Shown: positions 63,672 through 64,000 of the stretch, piece after piece
How positions within the stretch are numbered: position 1 is the first letter of the stretch
Layout: the number at the start of each line of letters is the position of its first letter
Notes under the pieces: model-generated
Told to the model about the DNA's origin: nothing
Database searches by the model: none
Seen by the model: only the letters and a program-made list of their open reading frames with translations
Translations under genes and position numbers: made by a program
NCBI GenBank assembly: GCA_965232985.1
Contig: CBDDRC010000042.1
Span: forward strand, 281,299 to 345,298
Direction of reading: 5' to 3'
From: an uncultured bacterium
GTDB lineage: Bacteria; Pseudomonadota; Gammaproteobacteria; Pseudomonadales; JADFDG01
DNA length: 64,000 nt

Positions 63672-64000
63672 ATGGCCTTCGAACTGCCACCACTGCCTTA
63701 TGCCAAAGACGCTCTCGCCCCGTTCATCAGCGCCGAAACCATCGACTTTCACTATGGCAAACACCACCAGGCCTATGTCACCAACCTGAACAACCTGGTG
63801 AAAGGCACCGAGCATGAAAACAAAACGCTCGAACAGATCATCACCTCTGCCAGCGGCGGCATTTTCAATAACGCCGCGCAAATCTGGAACCACACGTTCT
63901 ACTGGAACGGCCTGAAGCCGGCCGGTAGCAGCGAACCAACCGGTGCGCTGGCCGCTGCCATCAACAAGTCGTTCGGCTCCTTTGCCGCGTTCAAGGAAAA
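63672..64000 (+). CDS. sodB: superoxide dismutase (Fe type), N-terminal part, cut by window edge
   Basis: [40 protein letters not shown]...[13 protein letters not shown] is the canonical Fe/Mn-SOD N-terminus with Fe-type residues. GGAGAA lies upstream. Confidence 0.93.
   Translation, partial: MAFELPPLPYAKDALAPFISAETIDFHYGKHHQAYVTNLNNLVKGTEHENKTLEQIITSASGGIFNNAAQIWNHTFYWNGLKPAGSSEPTGALAAAINKSFGSFAAFKE

Overview
This is a 64-kb stretch of a high-GC proteobacterial chromosome. Gene content and order look betaproteobacterial, possibly Rhodocyclales-like, but that is a low-confidence inference. I support about 75 protein-coding genes, most of them housekeeping: purM/purN, dcd, apbC-metG, a livKHMGF-type amino-acid ABC operon, a cold-shock gene, arfB, nth, mobA, cysG, pta-ackA, pyrC, a desCB/desT-like desaturase module, an L,D-transpeptidase/MepK pair, selU next to a PhnCDE-like ABC transporter, yfbR and sodB.

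I saw no rRNA, tRNA, CRISPR array, integrase or prophage by eye. Many long ORFs in the supplied track are antisense or out-of-frame artefacts of the high GC content. For each of these I chose the frame with recognisable motifs, GC-rich third codon positions and plausible ribosome-binding sites.

The one clearly accessory segment is a visibly more A/T-rich islet of about 3.7 kb (about 31.1-34.8 kb), between ackA and a DUF2339 membrane-protein gene. It carries:
- higBA and hicAB toxin-antitoxin pairs
- a brnT-like toxin fragment
- an internally deleted IS256-type element
- a DUF3883 (PD-(D/E)xK-like) protein with an unassigned N-terminal domain
- a small-gene pair, apparently disrupted by the IS

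The DUF3883 cassette is my best candidate for an undescribed defence-type function. I cannot show that it is novel without database searches.

Other regions worth a second look:
- two paralogous orphan solute-binding-like proteins flanking a methyltransferase (54.4-58.1 kb)
- a large secreted hypothetical protein downstream of PhyH/GntR genes (60-63.5 kb)
- a DUF2339 gene translationally coupled to a 342-aa hypothetical (34.8-37.5 kb)
- a divergent hypothetical pair at 21.4-23.7 kb
- several short tandem repeats

All functional calls rest on motif recognition from the translations. No searches or computations were run.
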